Shown here piece after piece: positions 9,977 through 21,473 of a stretch of 64,000 nucleotides of DNA. This stretch comes from an uncultured Verrucomicrobiae bacterium (GTDB taxonomy: Bacteria; Verrucomicrobiota; Verrucomicrobiia; Limisphaerales; Palsa-1400). Within the stretch, counting starts at the first letter, position 1. Every line of letters starts with the position of its first letter. The position numbers and the translations under genes were made by a program. Where the stretch lies: the NCBI GenBank assembly GCA_963707025.1, contig CAVPOM010000005.1, positions 96,001-160,000 on the forward strand. The letters run 5' to 3'. Below the pieces are notes generated by a model. It was not told the origin of the DNA, ran no database searches, and worked only from the letters and a program-made list of their open reading frames with translations.

Positions 9977-11192
9977 CGGTGTCTAGCCATTTTTTGGTAT
10001 TCAGGTAGGCCTTCACCTTCTTGGGGGTTATCTCCCAGTGTTGGAAGGACACAGACTCGGGTACATGCAGATCGGCGTAGTGCTTCAGGAGCACTCGGAT
10101 ACTGTTCCCCATGTCCTTGATCACGTCATAGTCGTTCTTGTAAACAGCCCGCAAGTGCGTTGCACAGTTCTTTCGCAGTCCGTCGCGGATCCACTCTTTC
10201 AAGCCGATCAATTCGCAGCACTGGTCCACCAGACGACGCTCGTTCACCGGCGGAAGCGGGTTTTTCAGTTCCTTGGCCAATTTCAGCCACTCCACCGCTA
10301 CGGGCTGCAGGCGAATGGTGCGCTGGTCTCCGGTTTTGGCAACGTCAACGCTCACCGTTGCAAGTCCATGTTCCAAGTCGATTTGGTCCCACCCAAATGG
10401 CGGTTTGCCGGCCGCAAGCGCCTTGGCAGACTCGACCTCCTCTGGCCTCATGCACCCGAAAAATCCAAGTGCCAGAGGAGCGAGAATCTGCTGTGTCAAA
10501 GGGTTCGACAGCGCGGCAGCCATGATGTTTAGGGTGGTCTCGTTGGGATATATTTCGACCGTGACGCCAATTTTACCGATCGGCTCCAGCCGATCAACGA
10601 TGTTGAGACTGCACCAGCCCTTTGCAATTGCCACCTCCCAGAGCGACGAAAAACGACCTTGGTTTGTTCGCTTTGTGTTCAAGCTCCAAGGCTGCTCTGT
10701 CCTGGTTTTTTTCTGGACCTTGATCCAATCCTCCAGTTCTGCGGGCTGGATTTCGTGGATCGGTTGCCTCTCCCGGCCTTCGCCGAACCTCATGAATAAA
10801 TCCGCCACTTCATCAACATACCGTTGCGTTTTGCCTGCGGCAAGCTTCCGACGTTTGAACTCAGCAACCACGTCTTCGTAGGCCATCGGGGTGGTCGTTG
10901 TCTGTTGGTTGTCCTTTCGCCATTGTTGCCAATCGGCCCAGACGCCAGGCAGCGTCTGGCCTTTGGCCTTGATATCCTGCAAAACGCTAACCACGAGATC
11001 TCGCTCCACCGGGGTAAGCCGATCCCAATACTCGCCTCGCCTCTTGACCTCCTTTTTGTATTCGTCAATTTCAGCGTCAGCGTCTCCCTCAGTTTTAAAA
11101 GTGTGCCGGAGCTTTTTCCCTGTTGCATCAATCCCGTAATCCAGCTCCCACCGACCACTATTTAGCTGCCTCTTGGTTGGTTCCTTCTTCAT
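9912..11192 (-). CDS. Tyrosine recombinase / phage-type integrase
   Basis: Catalytic R (GCMRPEE), K (AKTG), DGLR, and MGNS...KHY tyrosine; lies next to a tRNA fragment. Confidence 0.9.
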   Translation of the reverse strand: MKKEPTKRQLNSGRWELDYGIDATGKKLRHTFKTEGDADAEIDEYKKEVKRRGEYWDRLTPVERDLVVSVLQDIKAKGQTLPGVWADWQQWRKDNQQTTTTPMAYEDVVAEFKRRKLAAGKTQRYVDEVADLFMRFGEGRERQPIHEIQPAELEDWIKVQKKTRTEQPWSLNTKRTNQGRFSSLWEVAIAKGWCSLNIVDRLEPIGKIGVTVEIYPNETTLNIMAAALSNPLTQQILAPLALGFFGCMRPEEVESAKALAAGKPPFGWDQIDLEHGLATVSVDVAKTGDQRTIRLQPVAVEWLKLAKELKNPLPPVNERRLVDQCCELIGLKEWIRDGLRKNCATHLRAVYKNDYDVIKDMGNSIRVLLKHYADLHVPESVSFQHWEITPKKVKAYLNTKKWLDTVTAASKVRQLQSASGTAKPSN

Positions 11193-11230
11193 GTCAGTTT
11201 TCGTCAGTTTATTCGTCAGTTTTCGTCAAA
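11193..11230. repeat. Tandem GTCAGTTT(T/AT)C direct repeats, putative integrase arm-type sites
   Basis: GTCAGTTTTC GTCAGTTTATTC GTCAGTTTTC GTCAAA between the int start and the att core. Confidence 0.5.
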
Positions 11231-11339
11231 ATACCTACCTGAGAACTACCAAACAACTCCTTAACATGTCAAACCGCAATCGAAGTGGGAAAAGCGCCAT
11301 TTTACGAGGCAAAACGGCGCCTTTGCGCGGCAAATTGGA

Positions 11340-11388
11340 TGGTGGAGCCGACAGGAATCGAACCTGCGACCTTCTCATTGCGAACGAG
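11340..11388 (-). mobile_element. att site: 3' fragment of tRNA-Ala(CGC)
   Basis: The - strand reads CTCGTTCGCAATGAGAAGGTCGCAGGTTCGATTCCTGTCGGCTCCACCA (anticodon arm, T arm, CCA); no 5' acceptor strand or D arm upstream. Confidence 0.85.
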
Positions 11389-11559
11389 GAGTGCTCCCCA
11401 TGAGAGATTGGCGAATATAGCATTGCTCCGTTTTGCGCCTGTCATTTTTAACTGCGCACGCCACACAGTACCTCTCATTCGCAAGTGCCGTGGAGTTGTG
11501 GCTGGGTCAGCTTGCTCTGGCCAAGGCAATGCTCAACCAGCCGACCAAGAACCGAGCGC

Positions 11560-13140
11560 TCAGAGCCTGGGCAACCCTTCCGTTTGGAACTTCTGGTCGA
11601 GTTCGACGAACGCGGGGTGATGGTCCGGCCAGAACGACGCGCGCTTGGTCGGTTTGGGAAACAGATGCGAATCGAACCGCAGCAACCGGTGCATTTGGTG
11701 AAAGGCAAGGCCATCCATCCCCAGGAGATCCTCGATCTCCTGGCCGGTGCGAGAGGTCGTTTCGGCGCGGTCGCTCTTGGCCCGGAAGCCAGCGTGGTTC
11801 ATGAGGTTGACCACTCCGGCCTGCCAGTCCAGCTGCTGATAGTAGTAGGACCGCATCAGCTCTGGCCCGAGATCACACTCCGACTCGCTGAGGTGGTCGG
11901 ACAGACGCAGGTTTCCGCCCAGCCAAGAGTGCGTCAGGTGGTTGGCGAGCGGGTAAGCGCGGAAGTTGGGGTCGGCAGAAATGTTTTGGATGAGCCGCAT
12001 GAAATTGGAGTAGTAGGGCTCGACGCGCTGGAAATAATTGAATTCCCGGATGGCGGCATGCTGGGTGGAAACGGCGTAGGAGCTGAGATCGCCGGGCCGG
12101 TCCAGTTCCATTCGCCAATGGGTCAGCACGATGGCGAAGACCAAGGGCTGCAGGGGAGCCGGCAGGGAGAAGGGCAGGCCATCGTGGGTGACCGCACCCC
12201 GGAGCAGGCAGGTGGCGTCTTCAAATCCCTCGCGGTCCAGCCCCAACTCCTGTTGCAAGGCCGGGTCCAGGGTGGCGTAAGCGCAAGTCTCGCTGCGACG
12301 CGCGACGACCCGCCGGCCGCTGGGCAAGAGCATGGCCCGATCCTCATGGTCGTGCAGAGTGAAGTCCTGCATAGAGTCGCCTGCCGCTCGGAAGGGGTAT
12401 CCGTAATAGCGATCCCCGTTGCCGAAGCGGGCCAGCACACGCCAGGGGTCGGGTTCGCAGTCAACGCAGGGGTAGGCAAACCCGCCCGTGGCGGGCAGGA
12501 TGTCCGCGAAAATGGGGGCCGGCATATTGGCCAGCCCGCCCAAGTGGGCGTCTGGATAAAGGTAACGCGCCGGGAACAACTGGGCCGGGCCCAGGCCCCG
12601 GGCCAGCGAACCGAGGAACAGAAACACCTTCTCAAGCTGGATGTGGGGTGTGAGGGCGAACCCAATCTGCGGCAGGGCGAGAACGAGGGTCGTATGGACG
12701 CCTTGCAGCACCTTGGGCTTGAGTTCCTGCCAGAGGCTGTGGTGATAACGCACATGGCGGGCGTTGATCCCAAGCCCGGTGGATTGGGAGGGTGATTCAA
12801 ACCAGGGGAGATCCTGGAGGGTGGCGGCTTCCGGAGGCAGTGGCGCCAACTGCGGAAGCTGCGGCTCCGAGCAGAACTTCGGTTGGTATTTCCAATCCCG
12901 GAGCGAGTCGGGGAAATTGCCGGTGACGGAGGTGGTGATACAGTCGCCAGCGGTCAACCCGGCGGGCATCTGGAAATCGGTGAAGGCATGGGCCCGCGCC
13001 AGGGGGACCGCGCAGTTCAACACCTTGCGCCCCCGGCCGCAGCCGCGGATGAAATCCGTGAAAGCCTGTTCGGTGTGCTCGGCGCCGGGATTGGCGATGA
13101 CGTTCCATCGTTCTGCGAAGTTTTCGGTTTGTTGCGGCAT
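11560..13140 (-). CDS. Hypothetical protein (~526 aa), no family recognised
   Basis: Long ORF with protein-like composition and GC3 bias; contains CVDC. Start 13140 or 13242. Confidence 0.65.
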   Translation of the reverse strand: MPQQTENFAERWNVIANPGAEHTEQAFTDFIRGCGRGRKVLNCAVPLARAHAFTDFQMPAGLTAGDCITTSVTGNFPDSLRDWKYQPKFCSEPQLPQLAPLPPEAATLQDLPWFESPSQSTGLGINARHVRYHHSLWQELKPKVLQGVHTTLVLALPQIGFALTPHIQLEKVFLFLGSLARGLGPAQLFPARYLYPDAHLGGLANMPAPIFADILPATGGFAYPCVDCEPDPWRVLARFGNGDRYYGYPFRAAGDSMQDFTLHDHEDRAMLLPSGRRVVARRSETCAYATLDPALQQELGLDREGFEDATCLLRGAVTHDGLPFSLPAPLQPLVFAIVLTHWRMELDRPGDLSSYAVSTQHAAIREFNYFQRVEPYYSNFMRLIQNISADPNFRAYPLANHLTHSWLGGNLRLSDHLSESECDLGPELMRSYYYQQLDWQAGVVNLMNHAGFRAKSDRAETTSRTGQEIEDLLGMDGLAFHQMHRLLRFDSHLFPKPTKRASFWPDHHPAFVELDQKFQTEGLPRL

Positions 13141-13416
13141 TGGTTTGTTTGTCGGAGCGGCGCTCGCCAAGGAGTTGCCACGGACGCCTTGAGGGACGCG
13201 GTTATAGGGTGTGGGCTGAGGAAACGACCACCGCCCTGACATGTTAAAGTATTTTTGAGCGTAAGCTTTTGACGAGGAACCGACGCACTCCTCCTCCCAA
13301 ACGCTGTCAGGCTCGTCGTACCCGCAGCCTGGAAAATGTATCGTTGAGCGAGGAAGGCAATCGCGGTGGTTAAAGCCGCTTGGCGGAACTTTAAACCAAT
13401 ATAAAACTCACATTGC

Positions 13417-13445
13417 GCACGATAAAACTGACATGTTTATCGTGC
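13417..13445. promoter_or_regulatory. Perfect 10-bp inverted repeat (operator or RNA hairpin)
   Basis: GCACGATAAA-N9-TTTATCGTGC. Confidence 0.5.
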
Positions 13446-13489
13446 TCCTTTAGCACATTGAAGAAAGAACGCCTGCCAAGTGTTGACTT

Positions 13490-13526
13490 GCTTCAACGAG
13501 GCCGCGCCCGCACGGGCGCGGAAATG
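13490..13526 (-). CRISPR. Solitary CRISPR repeat of the same family as the main array
   Basis: GCTTCAACGAGGCCGCGCCCGCACGGGCGCGGAAATG differs from the array repeat by 2 substitutions and 1 insertion; stem and GTTGAAGC end intact. Confidence 0.85.
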
Positions 13527-14482
13527 ACGAACGCTGCCTTCAAAAGGCCCGCCCGGGAAGGCGCAAGCGCCGAACGCACGGGCTGGGACGCGGTACCATG
13601 TCCCCGCCGACGCCGCCGTCCGGAAGTTGTAGTATTCTCCCTCCGCCGATTCTGGACAAACTTGGCGCTGTCCGCCATCGTTGGTGGATAAACACGCGGC
13701 CGACAACGAAATCGAGACCGAAAAAAGAAGAAAACCCATACTTGTTCGCCTTTGGCTAGATCCGACCGACCATCCTGTTATCATGAGCGAGGAATATGCG
13801 GATCGGAAACTGGAATCCATCCACCAGCAAGTTGGTGGGTGGTTCGATGGTTTCGCCAACAGCCCCCAGCCGTGCCGAAGCTCAAAAAAACAAGGCTTCG
13901 GGCATTGTCCGGTGCTTTCCCGCCACGGCGACGGTGTGAACGGCCCCAGTCGCACGAAAATTGAAGAGATGGCCCGCTTCGTGTACAAGCTGGAGAAAAT
14001 GCAAGAAGCCCGCCCATGAGCAGCCAAGAATGGTCAATAGCACCGCCACGGCCAAAGTGACCACCCACACGGAGCAATGTTTCGCCGAACTGCTGGCCCG
14101 CGACAAGGAACTTTCAGCCCTCCGAGCCGAGCACGCGCGAAAGCCCACGACGAAGCGCCGGGCGGCAGCGGAGTGGGTTTATGGTGAAAGCATCAGCAAC
14201 AGCCTGTTTGGGGCAGCTCTAGCGCGCCTTCAGGGCGAACGATTGCTTGCACCCAAGTGGCCCCAGCCTTTGGCACCTTGGCCATTGACCCAAAATATGG
14301 CCCTGTCCTGTTGACGGTTGGCTGTTATGAACACGGTGGCGGCCGACGTGCCAAACAAAGTGCATCGTGGCGCCACATGGCCGAGCAATGGGCCGCTTCA
14401 ACCCCAAAAATGGTCCGATTGGACTTGACAAAATGACCTCAAAAAGCTTGTTTTTGACGGGGGAACGCCGCATTCTTGCCCT

Positions 14483-17400
14483 ATGCGTCTGCTAAAGGTA
14501 GGATTTTTCGCTGGCATGATGGTCGTTGCCAATATTGTTAACGGTCAATTGACGATTCGAGTGCCCGCGGATTATCCGACAATTCAGGCGGCCCTCAACG
14601 CTGCCAGCGTTTTGACCAACGACACCATATTGGTGTCGCCTGGGGTTTATGCTGAATCCGTCAATTTCAATGGCAAAGCAGCCCTGTTGATCAGCGAGAA
14701 TGGTCCGACTGTGACGTTGATAAATCCACCTGCAGGTTCGGCTGCCGTTACCTTCAACAGCGGTGAAATCTCGAATTCGACCATATCTGGCTTTACCATC
14801 ACCAATGGTGGGGTTTCAGTTTTGTTTTCGTCGCCAACGATTATTTCGAATACGATTACCGGCTGCTCAGGAAACGGGGTTTACTTGGTTGGAGGGAACA
14901 CTGCGGTAATCCAAGGCAACATCATTGAGGATAATGGAGGGGGTATCGGTCTGGATGGGGCTGGAGCTGCCATCGTCAATAATTTGATACAAAACAATCA
15001 GGGGAACGGAATCAGCATGGAAAATGGAAGCGATTCTCAAATCGTTCAAAACCTAATCGCGCATAATGCTGGAGATGGCATTAACGCATTGGTACCAGAC
15101 GGGACACCTGGTCCATTGGCCATTAATAACACAATTGTGGAGAACGGCGGCGCAGGGATTAACGAGTATGGCTTTATCTCCAGTTGCGAGATTATCAACA
15201 ATATCGTGATTGGAAATCCTGCGCTCAATGTGAGCTTCTTGAATACGACCCCTTCCTTCCCCACCATACAATTCAACGATTTTTACTCTGCTGAGGGCAA
15301 TTTGTATGAGGGAGGATTTGTCACCAACTTGAATGGAGTTGATGGCAATATATCAACCAACCCATTCTTTGCTTGCCTTCCCGGCGGCGACTTCCATTTG
15401 CTGGCTGGGTCACCCTGCATTGATGCGGGCACGAACGGAGCGCCTGGCCTGATTTCGGTGGATTTTGATGGAAACCCTCGGGTCTTGGCCGGCAAATCCA
15501 ACGACACGGCGATTGTAGATATGGGGGCCTACGAGTTCAATCCCGCCTCACCGCCAACTCCCTGCATATATTTAAATCCTCCTTCAAACGTCGTGGTAGT
15601 GGCCGTGGTGGGGCAAAATTCAGCGGTCGTCAATTATCCCGCGCCCGACGCTACGCCGGCGGCGACGGTAACTTGCATTCCGGCTTCCGGTTCAATTTTC
15701 CTGGCTGGCACCAACGTCGTAGTTTGCACCCTGGTCTATGGCACCAATACCTTGACCGGCACTTTCACCGTCACCGTTGAGGTTCCGCCGTTCGTCAACA
15801 ACCAACCGTCCATTATCAGCGTTTTGGCTAACAGCAACGCCACCATGACCGTTGGCGCGCTCGGAACGGGGCCAATGAGTTATCAATGGTCATTTGACGG
15901 CGCGGCAGTTGACGGTGCCACGAACACCATCTTGACCGTGTCCAACGCGCAATCGCTCAACGAAGGCTATTATCAAGTCACCCTGGCAAATAATGTCGGC
16001 ACAGCCACCAGCTTGCCCATCCTCTTGCGCGTCTTGCCTTCCGCCGCGCTGATTATTTCCGGACCGCTTCCTGTTTCTGTTCCGGCCGGAAGCGAGGCAC
16101 TGTTCAATGCCAATGTTCTTGGCAGTGCGCCATTGAACATTCATTGGTTTAAAGATGGCGCCTTTCTCCCGGAAGCCACTTCCTCCCAACTGGTCATTTC
16201 CAATGCGCAGCCAGCCGACGCCGGCGTTTATCAAATACAGGCCTCAAACTATTTGGCATCAGTCACCAGCGCCGGGGCGACGTTGACGGTGCTGCCGGCC
16301 CGACCGTCGTTTGCCCTGCAACCGGCTTCCGTGGCGGCCGTGGCTGGCACCAATGCGGAGTTTGACAGCCTGGCCATTGGTTCGAACGACGCCCTGAACC
16401 CCATCCGATACGCCTGGTATTTTCAGAACCACCGAATCGCCGATCAAACCGACCCAGTTTTATCGTTCTCCTCGATTGCCGCCACAAACCAGGGCGCCTA
16501 TTATGTTGTCGCTTCAAATTCGTATGGCACGGCCACCAGCACGGTCGTCCAATTGACGGTTTATCTGCCTCCCTCGTTCCAAACCGGTTTGCCTAACCAG
16601 GTGGCGGACGAGGGAAGCGTGGTTCTTTTGAGCGCAACCGCGACTGGGACAGCGCCGTTGGCCTACAGTTGGACTTTCAATTCCACCCTACTTTCTAATA
16701 CGACGGCATCCATTTCGCTCACCAACCTCACGCTGGTGCAGTCGGGGTTTTATTCGGTTACTGTCACGAATCTATTTGGCACCGCCACCTCCACCGGCAG
16801 AGTGAGCGTGTTTTTGCCGCCGCTGCAAGTCGCGGCTTGGGGCGATGATTCCGGGGGACAGACCCAGGTGCCGACCAATTTGGACAATGCCGTGGCGATT
16901 GCGGGCGGGGACTATCATTCGATTGCGCTCCGGCATGACGGAACACTGTTAGCCTGGGGCTTTGACGGCGAAGGGCAAATTGATGTCCCCACCAACTCCT
17001 TGCGTTTCGTAGCAGTGGCTGCCGGGGCGGAGCACAACCTGGCCATTGCGGAAGACGGCAGCGTCGTCGCCTGGGGAAGAGACGATTCAGGGCAAAGCGA
17101 TGTTCCCAGCTCAGTGTCAAACGTGATGAGTGTGGCGGCGGGCGAGTCCCACAGCTTGGCCTTGCAGGCATCGGGAGCCGTGGTGGCTTGGGGAGATAAC
17201 ACCTATGGGCAAACCAGCATCCCGGATGCGTTAATACCAACCTCATTCATCAGTACCTGGTGGGGAGGATACTGGGCGTACAATCCCGATTGGGTACCGG
17301 TTCAAGCGATTGCTGCGGGACGCAACCACAACCTGGCATTGCTGACTAATGGAACGGTGGTGGCATGGGGCGACAATGGCTTTGGGCAGGTGTCGCCGCC

Positions 17401-17881
17401 GTCCAATCTGTCAAACGTCGTTGCCATCACCGCCGGCGATCTGCACAGCGCGGCATTGTGCTCGGACGGAACCGTGGTGGTTTGGGGGGACAACACGTTT
17501 AGCCAAACCAATGTGTCTGCGGGACTCTCAAATATTGTGGCCATTGCGGCCGGCGATTTCCACACCCTAGTGCTCTTATCGAATGGGACAGTGGTGGGAT
17601 GGGGCAGTGGGACGTATGGCCAACTGGCGGTGCCGTTGAGTGCTACAAACGCCGTCGCAATTGCCTCCGGGTATTATCACGGATTGGCTCTCGTTCCGTT
17701 TGATTCGCGCCTCCAGGCGAATTTGACCCGCAACGGGTTGGTGATTCAATGGAACGGATCGGGTAATCTCCAATGGTCTTCCATGGTGACCGGGCCTTTT
17801 ACCGATATGCCGAGCCAGGGGAATACCTGGACAAACATCAATATGTCCGCTCCAGCAAAATTCTTCAGAATACACCGATGA
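14483..17881 (+). CDS. Large secreted protein: right-handed beta-helix + HYR-like + Ig repeats + RCC1 repeats
   Basis: Signal peptide, [35 protein letters not shown], several Ig YQW..G.Y units, (I/V)AAG..H.LAL..DG.VVAWG repeats, C-terminal KFFRIHR. Confidence 0.85.
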   Translation: MRLLKVGFFAGMMVVANIVNGQLTIRVPADYPTIQAALNAASVLTNDTILVSPGVYAESVNFNGKAALLISENGPTVTLINPPAGSAAVTFNSGEISNSTISGFTITNGGVSVLFSSPTIISNTITGCSGNGVYLVGGNTAVIQGNIIEDNGGGIGLDGAGAAIVNNLIQNNQGNGISMENGSDSQIVQNLIAHNAGDGINALVPDGTPGPLAINNTIVENGGAGINEYGFISSCEIINNIVIGNPALNVSFLNTTPSFPTIQFNDFYSAEGNLYEGGFVTNLNGVDGNISTNPFFACLPGGDFHLLAGSPCIDAGTNGAPGLISVDFDGNPRVLAGKSNDTAIVDMGAYEFNPASPPTPCIYLNPPSNVVVVAVVGQNSAVVNYPAPDATPAATVTCIPASGSIFLAGTNVVVCTLVYGTNTLTGTFTVTVEVPPFVNNQPSIISVLANSNATMTVGALGTGPMSYQWSFDGAAVDGATNTILTVSNAQSLNEGYYQVTLANNVGTATSLPILLRVLPSAALIISGPLPVSVPAGSEALFNANVLGSAPLNIHWFKDGAFLPEATSSQLVISNAQPADAGVYQIQASNYLASVTSAGATLTVLPARPSFALQPASVAAVAGTNAEFDSLAIGSNDALNPIRYAWYFQNHRIADQTDPVLSFSSIAATNQGAYYVVASNSYGTATSTVVQLTVYLPPSFQTGLPNQVADEGSVVLLSATATGTAPLAYSWTFNSTLLSNTTASISLTNLTLVQSGFYSVTVTNLFGTATSTGRVSVFLPPLQVAAWGDDSGGQTQVPTNLDNAVAIAGGDYHSIALRHDGTLLAWGFDGEGQIDVPTNSLRFVAVAAGAEHNLAIAEDGSVVAWGRDDSGQSDVPSSVSNVMSVAAGESHSLALQASGAVVAWGDNTYGQTSIPDALIPTSFISTWWGGYWAYNPDWVPVQAIAAGRNHNLALLTNGTVVAWGDNGFGQVSPPSNLSNVVAITAGDLHSAALCSDGTVVVWGDNTFSQTNVSAGLSNIVAIAAGDFHTLVLLSNGTVVGWGSGTYGQLAVPLSATNAVAIASGYYHGLALVPFDSRLQANLTRNGLVIQWNGSGNLQWSSMVTGPFTDMPSQGNTWTNINMSAPAKFFRIHR

Positions 17882-20800
17882 AAACGCCAGAGTGTTGGCC
17901 CCTCAGCGCCCGATTTATCTGTCGAGTAATCGGACATCAGGACTTGGGCGTTCCAAAAGTCCAAAAATGCAGTTCACCTTGTCGCCCTCATTTTTTTGCA
18001 TTTATCGTTGGCATGCTATTCATTGCCAAAGTTGCCACTTGTCAATCCGCGACGATTCGCGTGCCGGCGGATTATCCGACCATTCAGGCGGCCATCAATG
18101 CCGCACATGCTTCGACGCAGGACATTGTGTTGGTCTCGAACGGAACTTATTTTGAAAATTTGAATTTCATTGGAAAGGCAATCACCGTCACCAGCGTCAA
18201 CGGCCCTCAAGTGACCACCATTGATGGAAGCCATTCAGGCCCAGTTGTCCTGTTCGAGACCGCAGAGAGCGCCGGCTCTGTAATCAAAGGGTTCACCATA
18301 CAGTATGGATATTCCACTTTCGGCAGCGGCATGGCTCTGTCGTGGGCGTCGCCGACAATTATCAGCAACATTTTTCAAAACAATGAAGAATACAGCGGCT
18401 ATTACGGAGCTGCCATCGGCGGGAATGCCTCGTCCGCGATAATCGAACAGAATCTTTTTCGGAACAATACCACTGATGGCCAAGATTCATCCGGTGTTGT
18501 TGCCTTCATTAACGACTCGTCGCCTACAATTGCCGACAATGTGTTTTTAAATAATCCGTGTGCGGCAATTTACACGTACTTGCCTGCGGACAACACGCCG
18601 ATCATAATCAACAATACGATTGTGGGCAATAGTGTGGGGATTTCGGCCAATGCCGGGATCATTTGCAACAACATATTGCTGGACAATGGACTTGGCGTGA
18701 GGTCCACCGGTAACGTGTGGCAAAACAACCTGGTCTTCGGAGGTCAGTCCCTCTATTCGGGTCAGGATTTGACCGGCACCAACGGAAACATCTCCACCAA
18801 CCCGTTCTTCGCCTGTCTTCCAGGCGGCGATTTCCATTTGCTGTCCGGATCCCCATGCATTGATGCGGGCACAAACGGAGCGCCTGACCTGCCGGCGGTG
18901 GATTTTGATGGAAACCCGCGAATCCTGGCCGGCAGCGCCAACCATCCGGCGATTGTGGACATGGGGGCCTATGAGTTCAATCGCGGGTCACCACCAACTC
19001 CCTGTATTTATCTTAACCCTCCATCAAATGTCGTGGCGGTTGCCGCAATTGGACAAAACTCGGTGGTGGTCAATTATCCTGCGCCCGACGCCACACCGGG
19101 GGCGACGGTCATGTGCGTTCCCGCTTCCGGGTCAGTTTTCCAAGCTGGCACCAACCTCGTGGTTTGCACCCTGGTCTATGGCCCCAATACCTTGACCGGC
19201 ACTTTCACCGTCACCGTTGAGGTTCCGCCTTACATCACCAACCAACCGTCCATCATCAGCGTTTTGGCCAACAGCAACGCCACCATGACCGTTGGCGCGC
19301 TCGGAACAGCTCCAATGAGCTATCAGTGGTCATTTGACGGCGCGGCGGTTGACGGTGCCACGAACAGCACCCTGACTGTGTCCAATGCCCAATCGCCCAA
19401 CGAAGGCTATTATCAAGTCACCCTGGCCAATAATGTTGGCACGGCCACAAGTCAGCCCATTTTTTTGCGGGTATTGCCCTCCGGGGTGGTGATTGTCTCC
19501 AACCCGGCGCCTCTTTCTGTCCCGGCAGGAACTCAAGCTGTGTTCAATGCCGGTGTGATTGGCAGCGCGCCGTTGACCTTCCAGTGGTTTAAGGATGGGG
19601 ATCTTCTGACAGGAGCAGGTTCGCCCCAACTGGTCATTTCCAATGCGCAGGCGGCCAATGCCGGCGTTTATCAAATACAGGTTTCAAACTATTTGGGATC
19701 AGCCACCAGCGCCGGGGCGACGTTGACGGTGCTGCCAGGCAAGCCGTCGTTTGTCCTGCAACCACTTCCAGCGGCTTCGGTGGCTGGCAGCAACGTGGTT
19801 TTTGAAAGTCTGGCCGTCGGTTCGGACGACGATTTGAATCCCCTCAGATATGCCTGGTATTTCCAGAACAATAGAATCGCCGGGCAAACAAATGCCGATT
19901 TGCTGCTGTCTTCCATCACAGCTATGAACCAGGGCGCATACTACGTTGTGGCTTCAAATGCCTACGGCACGGCCACCAGCGCCGTCGCCCAACTGACGGT
20001 CTATCTGCCTCCCTCGTTCCAAACCGGATTATCCAACCAGGTGGTGACTGAGGGGAGAACAATCGTGTTGAGCGCCGGTGCCACTGGCACGCCGCCGCTG
20101 GCCTACTGTTGGAATTTCAACACCGCCCAACTTTCCAACACTGCCGCGTCCCTTTCCCTGACGAACATCACCCCGCAGCAGGCGGGATTTTATTCAGTCA
20201 CGGTCACAAACCAGTATGGCAGCATCTCATCAACCGGCAGAGTGAGTGTTTTTTTGTCGCCCTCCCAGGTTGTGGCCTGGGGCGATAATTCGGGGGGACA
20301 AACCGAGGTGCCGACCAATTTGGACAATGCTGTGGCGATTGCGGGCGGGGATTATCATTCGGTTGCCATCCGGGATGACGGGACGCTGGTGGCTTGGGGA
20401 TTTGATGACGAAGGACAAATTGACGTGCCGACCAACTCCTTGCCTTTTGTGTCGGTGGCCGCCGGAGCGGAGCATAATCTGGCCATAGCTGAAGACGGCA
20501 GCGTTGTCGCCTGGGGAGCAAATGATTCTGGGCAAACGGATGTTCCCAGCACGGTGTCCTCCGTGCTCAGTGTGGCTGCCGGGGAGTCTGACAGCTTGGC
20601 CTTGCTGGCATCGGGAACCGTAGTGGCCTGGGGAGATGACACTTGCGGGCAAACGTCCATTCCGGGTATCTTGATACCAACTTATTACGTTGATACTTGG
20701 TGGGGAGGATATTGGGTATTCAATCCAAATTGGATCCCTGTTGAATCGATTGCTGCTGGACGAAATCACAACCTGGCGTTGCTTACTAATGGCACCGTGG

Positions 20801-21321
20801 TTGGATGGGGAGACAATGGTTTTGGCCAGGCGTCACCGCCGTCCAATCTCTCAAATGTCGTGGCCATCACTGCCGGTGATCTGCACAGTGCCGCGTTATG
20901 CTCGAACGGAACCGTGGTGGTCTGGGGTGACGACACATTTGGCCAAACCAATGTGCCTCCGGGGCTCTCAAACGTTGTGGCCATTGCCGCCGGCGATTTC
21001 CACACCTTGGCGCTCTTGTCGAATGGCACTATTGTTGCATGGGGTAATAATACTTATGGCCAACTCGACGTGCCTCCCAGCGCGACGAACGCCCTCGCGA
21101 TTGCATCAGGGTATTACCACGGGTTAGCCCTGGTTCCCTTCATTTCACTCTTGCAAGCAAACCTGACCCGCAGCGGCCTGATTCTCAATTGGAATGGAAC
21201 AGGAGTTCTGCAATGGTCTCCGAACCCCGCCGGGCCTTACACCGAAATGCCCTTTCAAGGCAACCCCTGGACAAATGCGGACATGTCTGCACCAGCAAAA
21301 TTCTTCCGCGTGCGGCGATAA
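17878..21321 (+). CDS. Paralogous secreted beta-helix/Ig/RCC1 protein
   Basis: Same architecture as the upstream gene; ATGA overlap at 17878 (start uncertain); ends KFFRVRR. Confidence 0.85.
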   Translation: MKTPECWPLSARFICRVIGHQDLGVPKVQKCSSPCRPHFFAFIVGMLFIAKVATCQSATIRVPADYPTIQAAINAAHASTQDIVLVSNGTYFENLNFIGKAITVTSVNGPQVTTIDGSHSGPVVLFETAESAGSVIKGFTIQYGYSTFGSGMALSWASPTIISNIFQNNEEYSGYYGAAIGGNASSAIIEQNLFRNNTTDGQDSSGVVAFINDSSPTIADNVFLNNPCAAIYTYLPADNTPIIINNTIVGNSVGISANAGIICNNILLDNGLGVRSTGNVWQNNLVFGGQSLYSGQDLTGTNGNISTNPFFACLPGGDFHLLSGSPCIDAGTNGAPDLPAVDFDGNPRILAGSANHPAIVDMGAYEFNRGSPPTPCIYLNPPSNVVAVAAIGQNSVVVNYPAPDATPGATVMCVPASGSVFQAGTNLVVCTLVYGPNTLTGTFTVTVEVPPYITNQPSIISVLANSNATMTVGALGTAPMSYQWSFDGAAVDGATNSTLTVSNAQSPNEGYYQVTLANNVGTATSQPIFLRVLPSGVVIVSNPAPLSVPAGTQAVFNAGVIGSAPLTFQWFKDGDLLTGAGSPQLVISNAQAANAGVYQIQVSNYLGSATSAGATLTVLPGKPSFVLQPLPAASVAGSNVVFESLAVGSDDDLNPLRYAWYFQNNRIAGQTNADLLLSSITAMNQGAYYVVASNAYGTATSAVAQLTVYLPPSFQTGLSNQVVTEGRTIVLSAGATGTPPLAYCWNFNTAQLSNTAASLSLTNITPQQAGFYSVTVTNQYGSISSTGRVSVFLSPSQVVAWGDNSGGQTEVPTNLDNAVAIAGGDYHSVAIRDDGTLVAWGFDDEGQIDVPTNSLPFVSVAAGAEHNLAIAEDGSVVAWGANDSGQTDVPSTVSSVLSVAAGESDSLALLASGTVVAWGDDTCGQTSIPGILIPTYYVDTWWGGYWVFNPNWIPVESIAAGRNHNLALLTNGTVVGWGDNGFGQASPPSNLSNVVAITAGDLHSAALCSNGTVVVWGDDTFGQTNVPPGLSNVVAIAAGDFHTLALLSNGTIVAWGNNTYGQLDVPPSATNALAIASGYYHGLALVPFISLLQANLTRSGLILNWNGTGVLQWSPNPAGPYTEMPFQGNPWTNADMSAPAKFFRVRR
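19231..20645 (+). repeat. Near-identical ~1.4 kb duplication (second copy 24135-25549, offset 4904)
   Basis: Direct comparison; antisense ORFs 20204-20521 and 25108-25425 translate identically. Confidence 0.9.
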
Positions 21322-21473
21322 GACTCGAAACCGACCCGGAATACATTTTAATATATTTCATGGTTAGTTCTATTCATACACTATATTACGGTGCATCCAT
21401 TATTAGAATTGCTTAAACTATTTGGTTTGATAAGCTTAAATGTCATGTTTTCATTGCTCCATATGGCCAATTT

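Noticed and set aside
11340..11415. Complete tRNA-Ala gene
   Set aside because: No 5' acceptor strand or D arm; only the 3' 49 nt match.
3086..12795. Long antisense ORFs (e.g. 3086-4537, 6651-7721, 11485-12795)
   Set aside because: Shadow frames of genes on the opposite strand in high-GC DNA.
13236..13437. CTGACATGTT occurring twice, and short matches between the solitary-repeat flank and the cas upstream region
   Set aside because: Matches of 7-10 nt cannot be distinguished from chance.
13681..14314. Short + strand ORFs of 112 and 117 aa
   Set aside because: No recognisable motifs; they look like gene fragments and are not supportable as features.
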